Positions 34,286 through 36,282 of a DNA stretch of 36,282 nucleotides are shown piece after piece. The notes below the pieces were generated by a model that saw only the letters and a program-made list of their open reading frames with translations, ran no database searches and was not told the origin of the DNA. The DNA is from a virus, in IMG/VR virus record IMGVR_UViG_3300045988_138021, positions 1 to 36,282 of that record; one strand, 5' to 3'. The position numbers and the translations under genes are program-made. How positions within the stretch are numbered: the first letter of the stretch is position 1; each line of letters opens with the position of its first letter.

Positions 34286-34693
34286 ATGGCAAATCAGTTT
34301 TACAAATCAGAGACATGCGCACAGTGTGGCAGCCCCTGGGAAAAACCCGATCTGGTCAATTGCCGCCGGTGCAAACAGCGCGAACTCAAACGCGCCCGCA
34401 CCCGCCGCAAAAAGGCAGAGAAAGCGGGTGAGCTAGAGCGCAAGCGCAAAAACAAGGAATGGGCGGCGACCCATTGCTACATTTGCGGTTCGCTTATGGA
34501 TAATCCAGACCCCAAATGCTACCGGTGCCGCGAACGCATCAAGCGCCGCGAAAAATGGCTAGAACGCCGCGCCGAACGCATGAAACCGAACGACCTGAAC
34601 AACCTAGAAGGCGTGAGGAAGTTCCTACAGGCGCGCCGCCGCCGTCTCAACCAAGACCCCAACACCCCCCCCATCGAAGGAATCGACACATGA
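34286..34693 (+). CDS. Arg/Lys-rich double zinc-ribbon protein (135 aa)
   Basis: Two CxxCG...CxxC units (CAQCGSPWEKPDLVNCRRC and CYICGSLMDNPDPKCYRC) separated and followed by highly basic helices (RARTRRKKAEK, KRREKWLERRAERMK). Confidence 0.75.
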   Translation: MANQFYKSETCAQCGSPWEKPDLVNCRRCKQRELKRARTRRKKAEKAGELERKRKNKEWAATHCYICGSLMDNPDPKCYRCRERIKRREKWLERRAERMKPNDLNNLEGVRKFLQARRRRLNQDPNTPPIEGIDT

Positions 34694-34905
34694 AAGACCC
34701 CATCACCGGGCGACCCCTAACCATCGTCGCCGCCGCGCTCGCAACTGTACCGACCGGCTTTTTTCTCGCCACGCTCATCACCGGCGCAGGTGTGAACATC
34801 GGCAGCTCTATTCTCACCCTCGCTACGTGGTGGCTAGGCGTGGTAATCGTCGCTATCTTTGAATCCAACCCGCGCCCCGCGCGAACCAACCGAGAGGAAC
34901 ACTAA
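34690..34905 (+). CDS. Small membrane protein (71 aa, two hydrophobic segments)
   Basis: ATGA overlap with the upstream stop. Segments LTIVAAALATVPTGFFLATLI and ILTLATWWLGVVIVAIF. The N-terminal extension of ORF-track 34516 was rejected. Confidence 0.65.
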   Translation: MKDPITGRPLTIVAAALATVPTGFFLATLITGAGVNIGSSILTLATWWLGVVIVAIFESNPRPARTNREEH

Positions 34906-34907
34906 CC

Positions 34908-35546
34908 ATGCAGATTATCGAATGGGAAAAATACAAGGCACCCGCCCGACTCTGGCACATCGTCACTACCGAGGCGGTAGACAAGCGGCGCACCACGGCT
35001 ATTATTTTCGCTGACACCCCGGCGAAAACCTACATTTCGCTTGTCGCCGCCGCTGAAATCGCAGGCGTAAGTGAAACCGGCGTACGCGACTATCTCAAGA
35101 AGCACGGCGCGCGGCCTAAGCTATTCACCGTCCCGGCTAACGTCAATCACACCGGACAGGCGCGAAAAATGGCGTTTATCGACCCGCTTACCATGTTCCA
35201 TATTCTCTTAGAGGTAGACCCGCGCGAACAGAGCGTTAGGGGTTGGTTCCATGACCTAACACACTTCGACGGCGACGAAATCCCCAAATTCTGGGGCATG
35301 ACGAATGTTCGAGAGGCGGCGATTATCGAAGATAAGGCGCGCGAAATCGAACTACTGGAAATTCCAGACTTTACCCCGCCCGCCCGCGTCGAGTTTGACG
35401 CTACCGGCGGCATCGAGCAGCTGAACCGCATCATCTCAGATCTGAACGCCCCGTACCATGTGCGAGTGAAGGCATTGCAGATTCAGCATGAGGTGAATCA
35501 GCTTGCTAATACCGTAGACAAGCTGAATGAAGGAAAGGACGCATAA
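34908..35546 (+). CDS. Putative DNA-binding protein (HTH-like segment)
   Basis: GAGAGGAA RBS. ISLVAAAEIAGVSETGVRDYLKKHG resembles a helix-turn-helix. C-terminal coiled coil. Confidence 0.5.
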   Translation: MQIIEWEKYKAPARLWHIVTTEAVDKRRTTAIIFADTPAKTYISLVAAAEIAGVSETGVRDYLKKHGARPKLFTVPANVNHTGQARKMAFIDPLTMFHILLEVDPREQSVRGWFHDLTHFDGDEIPKFWGMTNVREAAIIEDKAREIELLEIPDFTPPARVEFDATGGIEQLNRIISDLNAPYHVRVKALQIQHEVNQLANTVDKLNEGKDA

Positions 35547-35547
35547 A

Positions 35548-35790
35548 ATGCGTATGACTCGACAGATTATCAAGCTCTCAAGCTACCGCGTGAAGGGTGT
35601 AACTTTCGCCGTGGAATTTGATTACGACAAGCCCGGCGACCGCCGCGCTAAGATCGGGGCGGCCTTGAAGTCAATCATTGGTATTCATGAGCTGAATTAT
35701 CTGAGAAATCAGGCAATTAAGATTATGGGTAGCGGCGAATCTGCCCGTGAGGTCTGGAGCTATGAGGTGGTGGAGACTGAGGATATTTAG
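35548..35790 (+). CDS. Hypothetical protein (80 aa)
   Basis: ATG 35548 with GAAAGGA 9 nt upstream and just after the upstream stop; preferred over ATG 35527. Confidence 0.65.
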   Translation: MRMTRQIIKLSSYRVKGVTFAVEFDYDKPGDRRAKIGAALKSIIGIHELNYLRNQAIKIMGSGESAREVWSYEVVETEDI

Positions 35791-35825
35791 CCGAAAATTT
35801 TTCTAAAATTTTCTTGGTTTTTGGC

Positions 35826-35897
35826 TTGCATCTGACATCTCCATAGGTTTATACTATAAATGTAAGGGAAACAGAGAGGAACCCCTCAAAACCTTAC
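35826..35897 (+). promoter_or_regulatory. Promoter cassette copy D with leader hairpin
   Basis: TTGCAT (35826), 18 nt, TATACT (35850), ATAAAT, then GTAAGG (35862-35867) pairing with CCTTAC (35892-35897). AT-rich upstream block GAAAATTTTTCTAAAATTTTC at 35793-35813. Confidence 0.65.
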
Positions 35898-35922
35898 AAC
35901 CCAAACCGAAAGGAGCCCGCAA

Positions 35923-36102
35923 ATGCTGGCATGTCACGAAATTCTCGAATCCATCACCACCGCAGCACACGGCGAAATCGAACCCGCCGTTCTGGAAGCC
36001 GCGGCAACCGAAATTTGGGAAAACAACAGCTTCGAGACTATGGCAGATTTTGAAGCGTTTGAACAGACCTGGGAAATCGTCGCAAAGCACGACGCTAAGT
36101 AA
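35923..36102 (+). CDS. 59-aa acidic protein, promoter-proximal gene of unit D (not in the ORF track), paralogue of 34052-34231
   Basis: Hand translation MLACHEILESITTAAHGEIEPAVLEAAATEIWENNSFETMADFEAFEQTWEIVAKHDAK*. CGAAAGGAG RBS. 19 of 59 identical residues to the unit C protein in an ungapped alignment. Confidence 0.7.
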   Translation: MLACHEILESITTAAHGEIEPAVLEAAATEIWENNSFETMADFEAFEQTWEIVAKHDAK

Positions 36103-36117
36103 CCCCTAACCCAATAC

Positions 36118-36141
36118 GCCCCGCCCCTCACCGGGCGGGGC
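36118..36141 (+). terminator. 24-nt GC hairpin, identical to 30398-30421
   Basis: GCCCCGCCC-CTCACC-GGGCGGGGC, 16 nt after the stop of the 59-aa gene. Confidence 0.5.
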
Positions 36142-36174
36142 ACCCAAACCCCAAACCCGAAAGAAACAAACACC

Positions 36175-36282
36175 ATGACCCCGCGCCCTGGCATTATCGA
36201 CTTTTTCCGAGGCAACCGCACCACCGAACCCGTAATCACGGGTGAGCTGGTACCCGTAATCACGGGTGAGCTGGTACCCGTA
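36175..36282 (+). CDS. 5' part of the junction-spanning hypothetical protein (continues at nt 55 after overlap removal)
   Basis: ATG 36175 after CGAAAGAAAC. No stop before the window end. MTPRPGIIDFFRGNRTTE followed by PVITGELV repeats. Confidence 0.6.
   Translation, partial: MTPRPGIIDFFRGNRTTEPVITGELVPVITGELVPV
36229..36282. repeat. Right copy of the 54-nt end overlap
   Basis: Identical to nt 1-54; lies inside the ORF that starts at 36175. Confidence 0.95.

Larger units (their letters stand above)
1..36282. mobile_element. Complete dsDNA tailed-phage genome (siphovirus-type tail module, HK97-like head module), contig closed on itself
   Basis: Full packaging-head-tail-lysis block (4150-26225) plus replication/recombination genes. 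nt 1-54 equal nt 36229-36282 and an ORF crosses the junction in frame. No cellular housekeeping genes seen. Confidence 0.85.

Noticed and set aside
33995-34436. ORF-track entries 33995-34234(-) and 34200-34436(+); similarly 29866-30093(-), 31681-32091(-), 35854-36090(-) and 35934-36263(-)
   Set aside because: They run through promoter cassettes, leader hairpins or GC hairpins and lack an RBS. Plus-strand genes with conserved leaders and RBSs explain the same DNA.
1-36282. Integrase, attP, or toxin-antitoxin, restriction-modification or other known defence cassettes
   Set aside because: No ORF shows tyrosine or serine recombinase motifs, methyltransferase motifs, or NTPase/nuclease combinations typical of defence systems. 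Absence is by eye only and needs HMM confirmation.

Overview
The window is a complete tailed-phage genome of about 36.2 kb. Its first and last 54 nt are identical and one ORF reads in frame across the junction, so the contig is a circle opened at an arbitrary point inside a gene. High G+C, GAAAGGA-type ribosome-binding sites and GC-rich hairpins without U-tracts suggest a high-GC Gram-positive (Actinobacteria-type) host; this is inference only. Gene order, all on the + strand unless stated: (1) small early genes of unknown function, including two tandem paralogues and small zinc-ribbon proteins (1-3996). (2) A late block (4150-26225): HNH endonuclease, a 170-nt candidate cos region, TerS, TerL, portal, HK97-type prohead protease, HK97-type capsid, four head-tail joining genes and major tail protein. 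It continues with a G/GT chaperone pair with the canonical GGGAAAG -1 slippery site, and a 1496-aa tape measure with eight exactly phased 135-nt repeats and a C-terminal lytic transglycosylase. It ends with Dit/Tal-like genes, a tail-fibre region with a beta-helix depolymerase-like gene and a visibly low-GC putative glycosidase, and a three-gene lysis cassette. (3) A four-gene minus-strand island (DUF3310-like, RusA) at 26329-27935. (4) An iteron plus AT-rich origin-like region and an HTH replication initiator (28187-29393). (5) YqaJ-type exonuclease, RecT, SSB and many small genes (29405-36282, wrapping to 579). I recognised no integrase, repressor, tRNA, CRISPR array, DNA polymerase, primase or helicase. 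The most unusual signal is regulatory. The non-structural half is divided into units by five copies of one conserved promoter cassette. The four plus-strand copies have a leader hairpin at the predicted transcript start. Each plus-strand copy is followed by one short, mostly acidic ORF, then a GC hairpin (three of the four hairpins are the same 24-mer, one inverted), then a longer gene block. Two of these promoter-proximal ORFs are 59-aa paralogues missing from the ORF track. All functional calls rest on motif recognition by eye and on gene order; no database search was possible.
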